Part shown: in pieces, positions 20,432 to 30,713 of the stretch
Layout of the letters: the number at the start of each line of letters is the position of its first letter
Numbering within the stretch: the stretch's first letter is position 1
Assembly (NCBI GenBank): GCA_003557645.1
Contig: PWNV01000020.1
Span: forward strand, 78,328-142,327
Length of the DNA stretch: 64,000 nt
Source of the DNA: Candidatus Nealsonbacteria bacterium
Lineage (GTDB): Bacteria; Patescibacteriota; Minisyncoccia; Minisyncoccales; PWPS01
Direction: 5' to 3'
Notes under the pieces: model-generated
Told to the model about the DNA's origin: nothing
What the model saw: the letters and a program-made list of their open reading frames with translations, nothing else
Databases searched by the model: none
Position numbers and translations under genes: made by a program

Positions 20432-21097
20432 TTATAATCCACGTCCTTTTCCTTTCCTTGCTCTACGTGATAGTTCATCACGAAGTTCTTCTGCAACCTT
20501 CTCAGAGAGACCAGGCAAAAGGCCTTCTGCGCCTGCGCTTCCGGAACCCCCTGTCCCGGCAGTAAATATCTTCAAGCTTGAAAGTCCTAATATGCGATCT
20601 ATTATTCCTCGCTGAACATTGATGTTCTGAATTCTTTCGTAGGGAATGGTTGTGTATTTTTTAGCTATAACTCCATACTCTTTACGAAAATCTTCTTCTG
20701 CAAGCTCATAACGATAATATTTATAGGCTAACTTCGCCCAGATGTAAGAAAGCAACAAGAGAACTAAAATAAAAATCAGTGAAATAGTTGGAACTCCGAT
20801 TTCTGCTGCACTTAAAACTGGGCCAAGCCATAAAAATAGAAAAAACAAACCGACGATGACAGACATCACAGAGGAAAAGAAAAAAACCCACGTTGCTTTT
20901 GGATCAAGTTGTTTTAATCCGGTAGAAGAAAATGGTGTGCTCGGTGGAGGTGGCGGTGCTTGATCAAAAATTCCAAGCGCTTCGTTAACATCATTCTCTT
21001 TCCATCCTGCGTTCAGAAGGCTATTCTTTATCTCCTCTTTGCTTTTTCCTTTTTCTGTTTGATTTTTAATATAATCTGATAGTTGTTGATTGCTCAT
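20432..21097 (-). CDS. YdbS-like bacterial PH-domain membrane protein (paralog B)
   Basis: 2 TM plus YRY...GV...TIPYERIQN...RILGL..L.I.TAG. Confidence 0.85.
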   Translation of the reverse strand: MSNQQLSDYIKNQTEKGKSKEEIKNSLLNAGWKENDVNEALGIFDQAPPPPPSTPFSSTGLKQLDPKATWVFFFSSVMSVIVGLFFLFLWLGPVLSAAEIGVPTISLIFILVLLLLSYIWAKLAYKYYRYELAEEDFRKEYGVIAKKYTTIPYERIQNINVQRGIIDRILGLSSLKIFTAGTGGSGSAGAEGLLPGLSEKVAEELRDELSRRARKGKGRGL

Positions 21098-21106
21098 ATT
21101 AATTTT

Positions 21107-21787
21107 TTAATTATTTTTTAAATACCTTGATCTATATGTTAACTCATCACGAAGCTCCTCTGCCTCTCTTCGAGAGACTCCAAGCAGTAATCCTTCTGCA
21201 CCATCCATTCCAGAACCTCCTGTTCCAGCCGTGAATATTTTTAAGCTTGAAAGTCCTAAAATACGATCTAGGATACCTCGTTGAATACTGATATTCTGTA
21301 TACGCTCATATGGAATAGTCGTGTATTTTTTGAAAACAACTCCTAACTCTTTACGAAAATCTTCTTCTGCAAGCTCATAACGATAATATTTATAAGTCAG
21401 TTTTGCCCAAACATAAGAAAAAGGTAATCCCAAGAGCAATATAGCTACAGAAAACATTAGCAACGCCTCCATATTCAAATCATGAACTGCCGTCGGATCA
21501 AGTAAGGGAATTATTATCATTAGAACAGGGAAAAAAAGTATAACTATAAAAGGAATTATAAACCTTAAGAAGAAAGCCCAAATTACTTTTGGATCAAGTT
21601 GTTTTAATCCGGTAGAAGAAAATGGTGTGCTCGGAGGAGGTGGCGGTGCTTGATCAAAAATTCCAAGCACTTCGTTAACGTCATTCTCTTTCCATCCTGC
21701 TTCCAGAAGGCTATTCTTTATCTCTTCTTTTCTTTTCCCTTTTTCTATTTGATTTTTAATATAATCTGACAGTTGTTGATTAATCAT
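21107..21787 (-). CDS. YdbS-like bacterial PH-domain membrane protein (paralog A)
   Basis: same motifs; tandem duplicate of 20432-21097. Confidence 0.85.
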   Translation of the reverse strand: MINQQLSDYIKNQIEKGKRKEEIKNSLLEAGWKENDVNEVLGIFDQAPPPPPSTPFSSTGLKQLDPKVIWAFFLRFIIPFIVILFFPVLMIIIPLLDPTAVHDLNMEALLMFSVAILLLGLPFSYVWAKLTYKYYRYELAEEDFRKELGVVFKKYTTIPYERIQNISIQRGILDRILGLSSLKIFTAGTGGSGMDGAEGLLLGVSRREAEELRDELTYRSRYLKNN

Positions 21788-21975
21788 ATATTATATTTAC
21801 TTATTAATTTATATTAACTTTACCATATTACAAAACAAAAACCCAAGGGTAGTCGTAAAATTAATCATCTTCTATCATATGAGACTACAAAATAACAAAC
21901 AATACTTTTCTTATCTAAATCCTAAAAAAATTTCAATAAAAAATTGGCAAGCTCAAAAAAATATCCTAATTATCT

Positions 21976-22479
21976 TTATTTTTCCTTAAATTCTTTGATC
22001 AAAATATTTAATTCATCTAGGGAAAGCGTTGAAAGAACCGAGTTTGCTGCCCAATTTTCTTGTGTTATGTCTTCTCCAAACCAACTAGGTGCATCAAATT
22101 TACTTCTTTTTTCTTCACTTGGAAACTCAACTTCCACCATTGCAAAACCATTAAGCCTATCTCGAAAAACATCCACTTCTGCGGTTAAGTCTCCTAAAGG
22201 ATAAAAATATCTTTTCTTTGATATTTTTTTAAGACAAACTTTCCACAAAAGATTAAACTCTTCTTCTTTTATGGTAATGCTTGTTTCGTTGAAACGACTA
22301 CAATCACATTCATCTATCTTGACCTTTTTTGTGAGGGTAAAAATTTGATTGTTTTCGCTTCTTATTCTAAGCGGACTCGGAAGGCCTGAAAAATAACCTT
22401 GCTTTATTTCAATCCTTTTTTGTTCTTCTAGATCCTTTGGAAGGTTTTTGATTAAAAAAGTTAGTTCATTTTCAAACAT
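21976..22479 (-). CDS. CYTH domain protein
   Basis: ENELTFL, IKQGY, LRIR, KKRY, EVEF, PSWFG.DIT. Confidence 0.9.
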   Translation of the reverse strand: MFENELTFLIKNLPKDLEEQKRIEIKQGYFSGLPSPLRIRSENNQIFTLTKKVKIDECDCSRFNETSITIKEEEFNLLWKVCLKKISKKRYFYPLGDLTAEVDVFRDRLNGFAMVEVEFPSEEKRSKFDAPSWFGEDITQENWAANSVLSTLSLDELNILIKEFKEK

Positions 22480-22495
22480 TATTTAATTTTGTTAT

Positions 22496-23236
22496 TCATT
22501 TTTTTTCCATAACTGCAATATATCGAGGACCCTCCTTTTCATCAATAAACTCTTTAATCCTCCACCCAGTATCTTTTAAGATATTTTTCATTTCACTCTT
22601 GGAGGCAAGGAGATAATCAAACCAATCTCCTGTATAATTTTTAAACCTTATTCTTATACGATTCTGTCCAACCATTCTTCCTCTCTCTTTGTTCTTTCTA
22701 TGATATGCAAGATGTGCAGGATTCTTAGTATCATATGGATTCGTAGTTTCTGCAATAATCAAAGCGCTGTCAGTCGTAATTCTATATAATTTCTTAAGCA
22801 ACCTTTTCGCCTTTTTAAAGTTACCAAAAAGACCAAAATTGTTACCAAACATAAAAACGGTATCAAAAGACTTCTCTTTAAAATAGTCAACATCTTCAAT
22901 AGCAAGTACTTTTGCCTTCTTTACTCCTCTCTCCTTGCAAACTTTAATTGCTAGTGGTGAGTTATCAATAGAAGTTACACTAAATTTTTTTTGTTGAAGA
23001 TAAAGGGCAAGTCTTCCTGCTCCAGCACCAATATCAAGAACTTCTCCTTTCGCTTTCTTTACCGCCTTTTTTTGAATATCCGGCCACTCTCTATAGTCGC
23101 TGAAATATAAGGCTGGTGCATTTACGGAAATATCAAGAAAGCCATCATCCCTTTCAACAGCTTCATAGGCATCTTCTTTTTTCAGGAAAACCATTAACTC
23201 TTGCCCATAAGCATCTTTGTTTTTATCCATTTCCAT
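22496..23236 (-). CDS. class I SAM-dependent methyltransferase
   Basis: VLDIGAGAGR, FDTVFMFGNNFG. Confidence 0.9.
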   Translation of the reverse strand: MEMDKNKDAYGQELMVFLKKEDAYEAVERDDGFLDISVNAPALYFSDYREWPDIQKKAVKKAKGEVLDIGAGAGRLALYLQQKKFSVTSIDNSPLAIKVCKERGVKKAKVLAIEDVDYFKEKSFDTVFMFGNNFGLFGNFKKAKRLLKKLYRITTDSALIIAETTNPYDTKNPAHLAYHRKNKERGRMVGQNRIRIRFKNYTGDWFDYLLASKSEMKNILKDTGWRIKEFIDEKEGPRYIAVMEKK

Positions 23237-23397
23237 TATTAACCTTTAATAAAAAGGTTGATTTATTTACTAATTAATTATTCTGCTGAATATATTATAA
23301 CAGAATTAATGGGATGCTGAAAAGTGAAGTTCAATAAAAAAGCGGCTGTTGAGAGGTGCCGCTTGAACCTTTTTTTAAGAAAATGAACAAATGTGAT

Positions 23398-23565
23398 TTA
23401 GAGCAAATCATTTCTTCTCTGTCGCTCTATTCGTGCATATATATTTTTTTCATCTCTTTCTTTGATCTCTCTTGCAAACGCTTCGCTAAAAGCGTCGTCC
23501 TCTGAAAAATATTCTCCCCTTTCATGAGATTTTTCTGTCGGTTTATAATCTTTCTTCTTTTTCAC
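23398..23565 (-). CDS. small hypothetical protein (55 aa)
   Basis: GTG start after AGGAGGAG; MKKKKDYKPTEKSHERGEYF...RRNDLL*; terminator at about 23340-23363. Confidence 0.55.
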   Translation of the reverse strand: MKKKKDYKPTEKSHERGEYFSEDDAFSEAFAREIKERDEKNIYARIERQRRNDLL

Positions 23566-23722
23566 CTAATCTCTCCTCCTTTAAATAATCCTCTACCACT
23601 TCCACAATCCGCTGTACAAAAACAATTTTCCTAGAAATCTTTTCACACTGATTCCTCCTTTAAGTCTTTTGACTTAACTTCTAGAGCATCCCTTAATCTT
23701 CCTCAAAAATAATTTCAAAGAG

Positions 23723-23881
23723 CTAAAGAGCTTTTAAGTAGTTTTGCACTGCTTCTATTTTTGCTTTGTCTTTACTTCCAATAAGCGCGCTTACTATACG
23801 ATATTTTTCGCTAGACATCACACCCTTATCCTTTTTTTCTTTTAGCTTTTCTAGTAATTTTTGTTCCTTATTATTTTCCAA
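23723..23881 (-). CDS. small hypothetical protein (52 aa)
   Basis: TTG start after AAAGGAGG; MENNKEQKLLEKLKE...YLKAL*. Confidence 0.55.
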   Translation of the reverse strand: MENNKEQKLLEKLKEKKDKGVMSSEKYRIVSALIGSKDKAKIEAVQNYLKAL

Positions 23882-24028
23882 AACAAACCCTCCTTTCAAA
23901 GTTTAAATTTTTAGAAAACCTAAAAAGTGCTTATATTCTAAAATATTTTAATTGTTTTGTAAAATTTAAGAAAAATATTATAAGATAAGCATGACGCTCT
24001 ATACTGGTAAATTCCGAGTTTCTCTTCC

Positions 24029-24056
24029 TTGACATTCTGAAAGAAAGATTTACAAT
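24029..24056 (+). promoter_or_regulatory. sigma70-type promoter TTGACA-N16-TACAAT
   Basis: near-consensus boxes ahead of the hairpin array. Confidence 0.7.
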
Positions 24057-24062
24057 AGAGAA

Positions 24063-24400
24063 AAACTTTTGAAATTACTATGAAAGAAAAAATTAATCAA
24101 TCGTTATCTATCGTCGTAGTAGTCCTCCTTTTAAGGAGGGGGGCTTTGTTTTTCTAACCACTCAAGAGAGTGAACAAAAACAAACCCTCCCTAAAAACTT
24201 AGGGAGGTTTTTAATTGCCCCCGTGCCAAAGAAAAAATCTTTTTTGGTACGGGGGGAATAAGGGAAGAAATCCTTACCAGGATACCGGTCAAACTCCTTG
24301 CGAGAAAACCTCCAAATTGAGTTACCGGGACTTCCTCCCTCCTCCCGTAACCAGATGGAGGGAAGCACAAAAAAGGCCCTTATTAAAAAGGGCTCTTTTT
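24063..24400. ncRNA. candidate structured ncRNA / multi-hairpin array
   Basis: 6-7 consecutive GC-rich stem-loops in AT-rich intergenic DNA; no convincing long ORF. Confidence 0.4.
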
Positions 24401-24497
24401 ATACTAAAAAAACCTTATATATGTTTTTATTTTTGAAAGCGCCCCTTTAAAATGTAGAGATGTTAATTTAATTTTTTTAAAAAAAGAGCGTAAGTAT

Positions 24498-24866
24498 TTA
24501 GATACCACGCCCCAAGTAAAAGATCACAAAAGCAATTCCTGTTGTATTGATAATTACGGCCAACAAATAGTATGCATTAAATATATACAGCAACGTGAAA
24601 GAACTTAATTTGAAACTTCTCCCAAAAACAATAAAGGATTGCTTCTGGAGTCCAAAACGATAATAGAGATACACGCATATAGCAAGTGGCACTATAACTT
24701 TTACATATACCGCAAAATTTGACGATATTCCTCGGAAATGTTCTATTACCAAATTAAGTTCCTGTAAGTGATAATGCCTTATTCCAATCTCGGTTATTAT
24801 CATATCAGCAGCACTCAGAAAAACTAGCAACGTTGACAGTAATAGGAATTTTCTTTTTGCCATCAA
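24498..24866 (-). CDS. membrane protein (DUF5658-like)
   Basis: D..IT..G......ELN...K motif; AGGAGGT SD. Confidence 0.7.
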   Translation of the reverse strand: MMAKRKFLLLSTLLVFLSAADMIITEIGIRHYHLQELNLVIEHFRGISSNFAVYVKVIVPLAICVYLYYRFGLQKQSFIVFGRSFKLSSFTLLYIFNAYYLLAVIINTTGIAFVIFYLGRGI

Positions 24867-24950
24867 TTAAATTACCTCCTTTAATTTTTCAGGGTACAAA
24901 CTTTGTTCATTATACAATAAGTTTTTAAAAATGCAATATTTTTCTTATCA

Positions 24951-25268
24951 CTAAGAAATTTTTGCACCTGGAGCTATGTCTTTGTCCGGTACAAGGAGGG
25001 AAAGATCTTCTTCATCGACAGCAAGAAGCATTCCTTGACTCTCTAATCCAAATATCTTTCTAGGTTTTAAATTGTAAACAATAACTATATTCTTTCCTTC
25101 AAGCTCTTTGGGAATATAGCTTTCAGCAATTCCAGAAACAATTTGTCTTTTCTCTTCTCCCACATCTACTTCAATCTTCAAAAGTTTATCTGTTCCGTCC
25201 ACTTTTTCTGCTTTTAAGATCTTCGCTGCTCTTAAATCTACTTTTTTAAAATCATCAAAATTTATCAT
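24951..25268 (-). CDS. tRNA-binding OB-fold protein (MetG C-terminal/Trbp111-like)
   Basis: FDDFKKVDLR, DKLL, RQIVSGIA, NLKPRK..G.ESQGMLLA. Confidence 0.92.
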   Translation of the reverse strand: MINFDDFKKVDLRAAKILKAEKVDGTDKLLKIEVDVGEEKRQIVSGIAESYIPKELEGKNIVIVYNLKPRKIFGLESQGMLLAVDEEDLSLLVPDKDIAPGAKIS

Positions 25269-25326
25269 TTTAAATATATTATCTTTATTAATTTTCAAAC
25301 TTGGGTTTTTAAAGTAGCGTGAAGCT

Positions 25327-26622
25327 TTACACTCCTCGCCTCTTTTCTTTAAGTGTTCGCCAAAACTCTTTCCCATCTTCTTCTGATGCTTTCTTGAAAG
25401 CCCTATCTATTTTGATAACCTCTTCATTTGCCTGAAGCGCTGTTTTATTTAATCCTATAAGACGTAAGCCTTCAAGTGAACGAATTCTTGAAAGAGCAAC
25501 ATATCCCATTCCCGGCTCAAAAGCCCTACTAAGATCAATCTCTGCAGCATCTAGTGTTGTTCCTTGGCTTTTATGCACCGTAACTGCCCACGCTAAGCGC
25601 AGTGGCAATTGCCTTACCTCTGCCTTCACCTCCCCCTCTTCTTCAATATTCCACTTTTCTTGCTCTACTTTCACGTACCTTCCTTTCTGTGTTCTTACAA
25701 CCGGCATTTCTTCCTGAAATCTTACAACACGTCCAAGAGTTCCATTAACATACCCTTTCTCTGGATTATTTTTAACAAACATCACCACTGCATCTTTTTT
25801 AAGCTCCAGTCTCTTTGGAGTAAGAAGATTTTTCTCTAAAGTGCTCGCTAGTCTTTCCGGCCCACTCTTTTTCATGTTAAAAACTTTTTGTTTGCCGGAA
25901 AGTTTTTCCAGTTCTCTGGCATTTATATTATCCACATTCACATTGTGAGTATAGAGTTTTGTAATCTCTTCTCCTTCTTTTATCTTAGCCATATATCGTC
26001 CCTTCAAAAGATTTATAACATCCTCATTCACTTCATTCTTCCTTATGGACTCTAAAACAAAAAGAAGATCCTTTTCCTTGTGTCGATGCTGCTCTGTAAG
26101 ATAACAAACTCTTAAATCTAATTCTCTCCATGCTCTGCCCTTATAGGCAAAACCTGTTCCCTGGGAGTAAAGATTGTGATCACTTTTTATCGGTGGAAGC
26201 TGAAAAAAATCACCACAAAGAATTACCTGCATTCCTCCAAAAGGTTCTTCACTTTTTAAAAAACTACGTATAATTTTGTCAGCTATATCAAGCTGATCCA
26301 AAGAAAGCATTGATATTTCATCAATAATGAGAACTCGAGTTTTCTCTAATTTCTTAATAAGGTAACTTTTTTTGAGGACACGATTAAGGTCACTAGAAGT
26401 AAGTTGATTTAAGACCCCCATGCCACTAAAGGAGTGAATCGTTACTCCCCCAATATGAGTTGCCGCAATTCCTGTAGAAGCGGTTATTCCAACTGAAACT
26501 CCTTTCTTTTTCAAAAAACTTATATAATCACTTAAAAGATGAGTTTTCCCTGAGCCTGCACACCCAGTAAGAAACACATTGTAACCCGCCTTTAAAATTT
26601 CAAAAGCTTCCTTTTGTTTCAT
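25327..26622 (-). CDS. PIF1-family DNA helicase
   Basis: TGCAGSGKT, ASTGIAA, IDEISM, PFGG.Q..CGDFFQLPP, QLPLRLAWAVTVHKSQG. Confidence 0.92.
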   Translation of the reverse strand: MKQKEAFEILKAGYNVFLTGCAGSGKTHLLSDYISFLKKKGVSVGITASTGIAATHIGGVTIHSFSGMGVLNQLTSSDLNRVLKKSYLIKKLEKTRVLIIDEISMLSLDQLDIADKIIRSFLKSEEPFGGMQVILCGDFFQLPPIKSDHNLYSQGTGFAYKGRAWRELDLRVCYLTEQHRHKEKDLLFVLESIRKNEVNEDVINLLKGRYMAKIKEGEEITKLYTHNVNVDNINARELEKLSGKQKVFNMKKSGPERLASTLEKNLLTPKRLELKKDAVVMFVKNNPEKGYVNGTLGRVVRFQEEMPVVRTQKGRYVKVEQEKWNIEEEGEVKAEVRQLPLRLAWAVTVHKSQGTTLDAAEIDLSRAFEPGMGYVALSRIRSLEGLRLIGLNKTALQANEEVIKIDRAFKKASEEDGKEFWRTLKEKRRGV

Positions 26623-26675
26623 CTAATTATTTTCTAAAACTTTGCCTCTCAGTTCTTATATCTTTTTTAAACAAG

Positions 26676-27299
26676 TCAAAAATATTTACTAAACCGCTTC
26701 TTAATTTCAACGAACTCCTGTTTTTTGAAATTAAACCTATGCCCTGGTCTATCATTTAAACTTTTTAAAAGTCTACAAAATTTTTCGTGATCAAGGGTCT
26801 CTATATCAAGATCTTCACACTCTTTTCTTATCCTCTCGTTAGCTTTTTCAATATTTTTAGACTCAGTTACAACTTCCGCTTCAAAATAATATCCCCAATC
26901 AGGAACCTCTACCAAGGAAAAATCGACTTCCTTGTAGCGATAAAGATATGTTTTTGTTGCCTGAAGAACACCGTGATAGTGTCCCAGTATCTTTAAAAAC
27001 TCTATCATCTCATCAATCTTTTCTTTTTCAATTGGGAAAAGAAACTCTTTCCGCGCATCATTCCCGCTCCACCTTCCATGCTTTAAAACCAACTCCCCTT
27101 TTTTATTGGTTATTCTAACCTTTAAATCTACTGGATGTTCGTATACCTCTTTACTTTGATCATCCTCTCGTTGTGAGTATATAACAGAAAACCTATCAAT
27201 TATTCCTAGGAAATCAGCTTCTTTATCAAAAAAAACCTTAAGTCTTTTAAACTCATCTTTTTTTAGTGCTCCCCTGTGCTCAACTTCTATTTTTGTCAT
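26676..27299 (-). CDS. CYTH domain protein
   Basis: IEVEHR, LKVR, KHG, YFEAE. Start moved to MTKIEVE. Confidence 0.8.
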   Translation of the reverse strand: MTKIEVEHRGALKKDEFKRLKVFFDKEADFLGIIDRFSVIYSQREDDQSKEVYEHPVDLKVRITNKKGELVLKHGRWSGNDARKEFLFPIEKEKIDEMIEFLKILGHYHGVLQATKTYLYRYKEVDFSLVEVPDWGYYFEAEVVTESKNIEKANERIRKECEDLDIETLDHEKFCRLLKSLNDRPGHRFNFKKQEFVEIKKRFSKYF

Positions 27300-27452
27300 A
27301 TTTCTCTTTATCATCATACCAGACCTCGAAGAAAAGATAAATAAAAAAGGAAACCTTTTCAGAGCTCCCTTTTTGTGTTTACCGACTCGTTTAGATGACA
27401 AAACTTACACTTTAAAGTATAACTTTCTTTTCTTTGTGAAACTCATATAAAA

Positions 27453-29102
27453 TTATTCTGCAACCTCTCTTGCCTCTTTGTCTTCTAAAGAAAACTCTAT
27501 AATTTTCTCTTCTGCTGGGAAATAACTTCCCTTCTCAAATCTAATTACTCGCCTTTCTTTATCATAGCTACATTTTTGAGCACACATGTCTTCTTCTTTC
27601 CTATACACTTCTTCAAAATCTGAAACGCTGTAAATCGCTTCATAACACTGCCCGTACATTTCATTGCTAACACAAGCGAAAAAATAGTCCTCTTCTTCTG
27701 TGAAGGCAGAATTATTAAAATGAGCCAAGTCTAAACTTAAAACCTTTTCTTTTTCATTTAAGTTATATATATCTATTCCTCCAAATCCAAAAAAGCTGAA
27801 ATAACTCATTAAATAGTTACCTTTCGGAGAAAACTTCAATGGTCCTAAGAGCATCTTTTTATCACCCCTTTCAAATGAAAATTCTGCAACTCCTTCATCT
27901 AAAACTTTTTCTTCCCCATCTTCTAAAACCACTAAATAGCTATTACCTTGTCTTTCTTTTGTGAAAGCAATCATGTCTTCAAATTGAAAAAACTCTGTAA
28001 GAATTTTTTCTGAAGAAATCGGGATGATCTTTTCTTCTTCAACTTCCATAGTTACGTGGTATAGTTCTTTTTCCCTGTTTTCATCTTGAAAGTAAACTTT
28101 AAAGCGATATCTATTATCTCCTATCTCTTCAAAATCGCTAGGCTCAGCTAAAATTGTTTCTTCGTACCAGCTCTCGTATGTTTCAAAATCAATATCTCCT
28201 TCTTTGTACATACCATAAGCATCTTCTAAATCTCCTTTTACTATCTTATAGTAGTACTTGCGAATAGTTGTTATTCTCGGATCTTCACCTTCTATAACCT
28301 CAAAATCTTTTTGTTCCGATATAGTAGGTGGAAAAACGTCAATACTACCAACAAAAGCAGAAAACTTTGCTTTCTCCTTTTCATAGCTTTCTCCTGCTTC
28401 CATAAAAATATCTTCTGGACCTAATATTTCATCAAAAGATTGTTTTCCTGCATGAAAATAACTGATAACTGCATTATCAAAATAATTGTTTTGCAGTTTC
28501 ACGAAAGCATAGTCTGTTAGATTGTAATTATAATAAGTGTCTCCTCCTTCTCTCTTGACTCTTGTTTGACGAATTGATGTTTTAATATCTTTCCTACACT
28601 CAGAATAAATTTCTTCTAAAACATACCAATCAACATTCGGTCTTTTATCGAACTCAAAGCGATAATCACAGATGTCGTGACTTTCTTTTATCTCAAGAAA
28701 ATTATCAATGGGACCCAAAGACATCAAGCGGAGATTCGAAGGTAGTTTTCCTTTGAATTCATCGTTATATATTTCTATTCTTGGAACTTTTTCTCCAGAA
28801 AAATACAAATCAACCCTGTAATCTAATTCCGACACGTAATCTGTATTCTCCCTACCCTCTTTTCTTAGCTCGTTAATTTTTTCTAAATTGGTAATTGTTG
28901 TTCTGGGAGATGTGATTGGCTCTCCCCACTCAGGTGGATAGTGAAAAGAAATCCCCAAAACATCATGCTCGTAATAAATCCAATCTTTCGTTAATATCCT
29001 CTCTTCTGATTTTTCTTGCAACAAGGAGATAACCGATGCTATTATCCCGATAACAACAAGAATAATCAAAAAAACAATTATTAGTAGTGCTACTTTTTTC
29101 AT
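27453..29102 (-). CDS. large membrane-anchored surface protein
   Basis: N-terminal TM; W..Y....G.SF.YP.EW motif; C-terminal FSPKGNYL beta-propeller-like segment. Confidence 0.8.
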   Translation of the reverse strand: MKKVALLIIVFLIILVVIGIIASVISLLQEKSEERILTKDWIYYEHDVLGISFHYPPEWGEPITSPRTTITNLEKINELRKEGRENTDYVSELDYRVDLYFSGEKVPRIEIYNDEFKGKLPSNLRLMSLGPIDNFLEIKESHDICDYRFEFDKRPNVDWYVLEEIYSECRKDIKTSIRQTRVKREGGDTYYNYNLTDYAFVKLQNNYFDNAVISYFHAGKQSFDEILGPEDIFMEAGESYEKEKAKFSAFVGSIDVFPPTISEQKDFEVIEGEDPRITTIRKYYYKIVKGDLEDAYGMYKEGDIDFETYESWYEETILAEPSDFEEIGDNRYRFKVYFQDENREKELYHVTMEVEEEKIIPISSEKILTEFFQFEDMIAFTKERQGNSYLVVLEDGEEKVLDEGVAEFSFERGDKKMLLGPLKFSPKGNYLMSYFSFFGFGGIDIYNLNEKEKVLSLDLAHFNNSAFTEEEDYFFACVSNEMYGQCYEAIYSVSDFEEVYRKEEDMCAQKCSYDKERRVIRFEKGSYFPAEEKIIEFSLEDKEAREVAE

Positions 29103-29162
29103 AAAATATTTATTTAACTTTTGATATTTTTTGCTTATCCTCTACTGTTGTCATTAAAGATT

Positions 29163-30317
29163 TTAACTAAGCAAATAATAAGAAGCGAGATAGAAAAGAA
29201 TTGCTGCGCCAAAAAGTGTAACCCCAATCATTGCTTTGGAATTTACTAACCATATCCTTTTGGTCAAAACAGCGCTGGTAAAGACCGCTACTTCAATTAA
29301 CATATAGGAGAAGAGATAGAGCAAGATATAAAGAATAGATGCTGTAAGAGAAACTCCTGCCTCAGCTAATAAGCCAGCATAAATTATGGGCAAGCCGATC
29401 GAACAAGGAAGCTCTACTAGCGTTATTATAATAGCAAAGGAAACAACACTTCCGGTCAAGGCAATAGCACTTTTTTTAGGATCACTGAAAGATTCTTGAA
29501 GTTTTTTTGCCACATTGATAGCGAGCCTGCTTTCAGAAGAATCACACGTTGGTCCGTATTTAACAAACCTCCACGCCTCTTTCAAAAAATATAATCCCCC
29601 CAAAAATGCTAATACTCCAATAACAAAACCCAGGCTTTCAGTGTATGCTGATAACACTTCGTAGAGACCTCTCCAAGCAAAAACAATTCCCCCATAGACC
29701 GCCACAGTAATAAAGATAAATAATCCTCCATAAAAAAATATTTTTTTTCTGGAATCAAAGGCAATAACAATAGACAAAATCAAAATAAGGGCCCCGAGAG
29801 AACATATATTAAATCCATCGATTGTACCCAAAGCGATAGTTATAAAAGGCAAAGACCAATCACTAGTATCAACTTTTAATCCAATAAGTGGAACTGTAAA
29901 AATACAGCAATCACTCACAATATCTCTTCCTTCGATTGCAGCAATCAAATCTTTCTCTTCTTCCTCGGAAAACTGAATAAATTGAAGGTGATAATCTTTA
30001 TCGTTGCTATGAATAAAAATAGTTGGCGCCATCATGTCTGGTGACTCTACTCCATGCATCTCCCCTACTTCATCTAAAAGCTCTCTGTCAGATATAGGAT
30101 AGGTAATAATTTCTAGTCCCTCATAATCATCTTTAATCTCTTCAAAAAAATACTTCACTTTCCTACAAACCTCACACCATCTGTCTTCAAAAAAGTAAAT
30201 GGTTACCTCTTTCTCATTAACGCTGTTTTCTGTAATCAAATCTTCGCTGGCAAGCAAAGGACTTGCCGTAAACAAAAAAATAAAAGAGATTAAAAGAAAT
30301 ATTGCTTTTTTTGCCAT
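29163..30317 (-). CDS. thioredoxin-like domain fused to CcdA-like membrane domain
   Basis: WCEVC; DGFNICS and VELPCS TM cysteines. Confidence 0.85.
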   Translation of the reverse strand: MAKKAIFLLISFIFLFTASPLLASEDLITENSVNEKEVTIYFFEDRWCEVCRKVKYFFEEIKDDYEGLEIITYPISDRELLDEVGEMHGVESPDMMAPTIFIHSNDKDYHLQFIQFSEEEEKDLIAAIEGRDIVSDCCIFTVPLIGLKVDTSDWSLPFITIALGTIDGFNICSLGALILILSIVIAFDSRKKIFFYGGLFIFITVAVYGGIVFAWRGLYEVLSAYTESLGFVIGVLAFLGGLYFLKEAWRFVKYGPTCDSSESRLAINVAKKLQESFSDPKKSAIALTGSVVSFAIIITLVELPCSIGLPIIYAGLLAEAGVSLTASILYILLYLFSYMLIEVAVFTSAVLTKRIWLVNSKAMIGVTLFGAAILFYLASYYLLS

Positions 30318-30335
30318 AGAAACATTTAATTAACT

Positions 30336-30713
30336 TTATAATCTACATCCTGTCTCTTCTGATAAGTTTTCCGGGGAACCCCAATCATCAAAAACCTCCC
30401 CCTTTATCTGTACTTCAGGAACAACGTTTGTCTTCATTTCACTCCTACATCTCACTGTCTCTCCTGTAGTGCCACGCCCTGAACAATCTAGATAAATGAA
30501 TTTTATTGTTTCATAATCATCATATTCCCGTTCTAACTTGGTACAAGTCGGACAAGTACTACTACCATAAATAATTACACCAGAGTCTGCTAAACACTCA
30601 ATAAAGGAATGATCACTATTGTTTTTATCTCCCTTTTCCTCAATATTTACAGCATAAACAACTCCAACAATAACTAGAGCCGTCGCCATTAATATTAAAA
30701 TTGCTTTCTTCAT
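30336..30713 (-). CDS. membrane-anchored thioredoxin/glutaredoxin-like protein
   Basis: CL..SG..IYGS.TCPTC; C-terminal TGC. Confidence 0.8.
   Translation of the reverse strand: MKKAILILMATALVIVGVVYAVNIEEKGDKNNSDHSFIECLADSGVIIYGSSTCPTCTKLEREYDDYETIKFIYLDCSGRGTTGETVRCRSEMKTNVVPEVQIKGEVFDDWGSPENLSEETGCRL

Noticed and set aside
24162..24436. ORFs 24162-24368 and 24215-24436; GAGGAAGTCCC resembling the RNase P core
   Set aside because: The ORFs lack an SD and protein-like features. The other RNase P conserved regions are absent, and the real rnpB is at 52776-53107.
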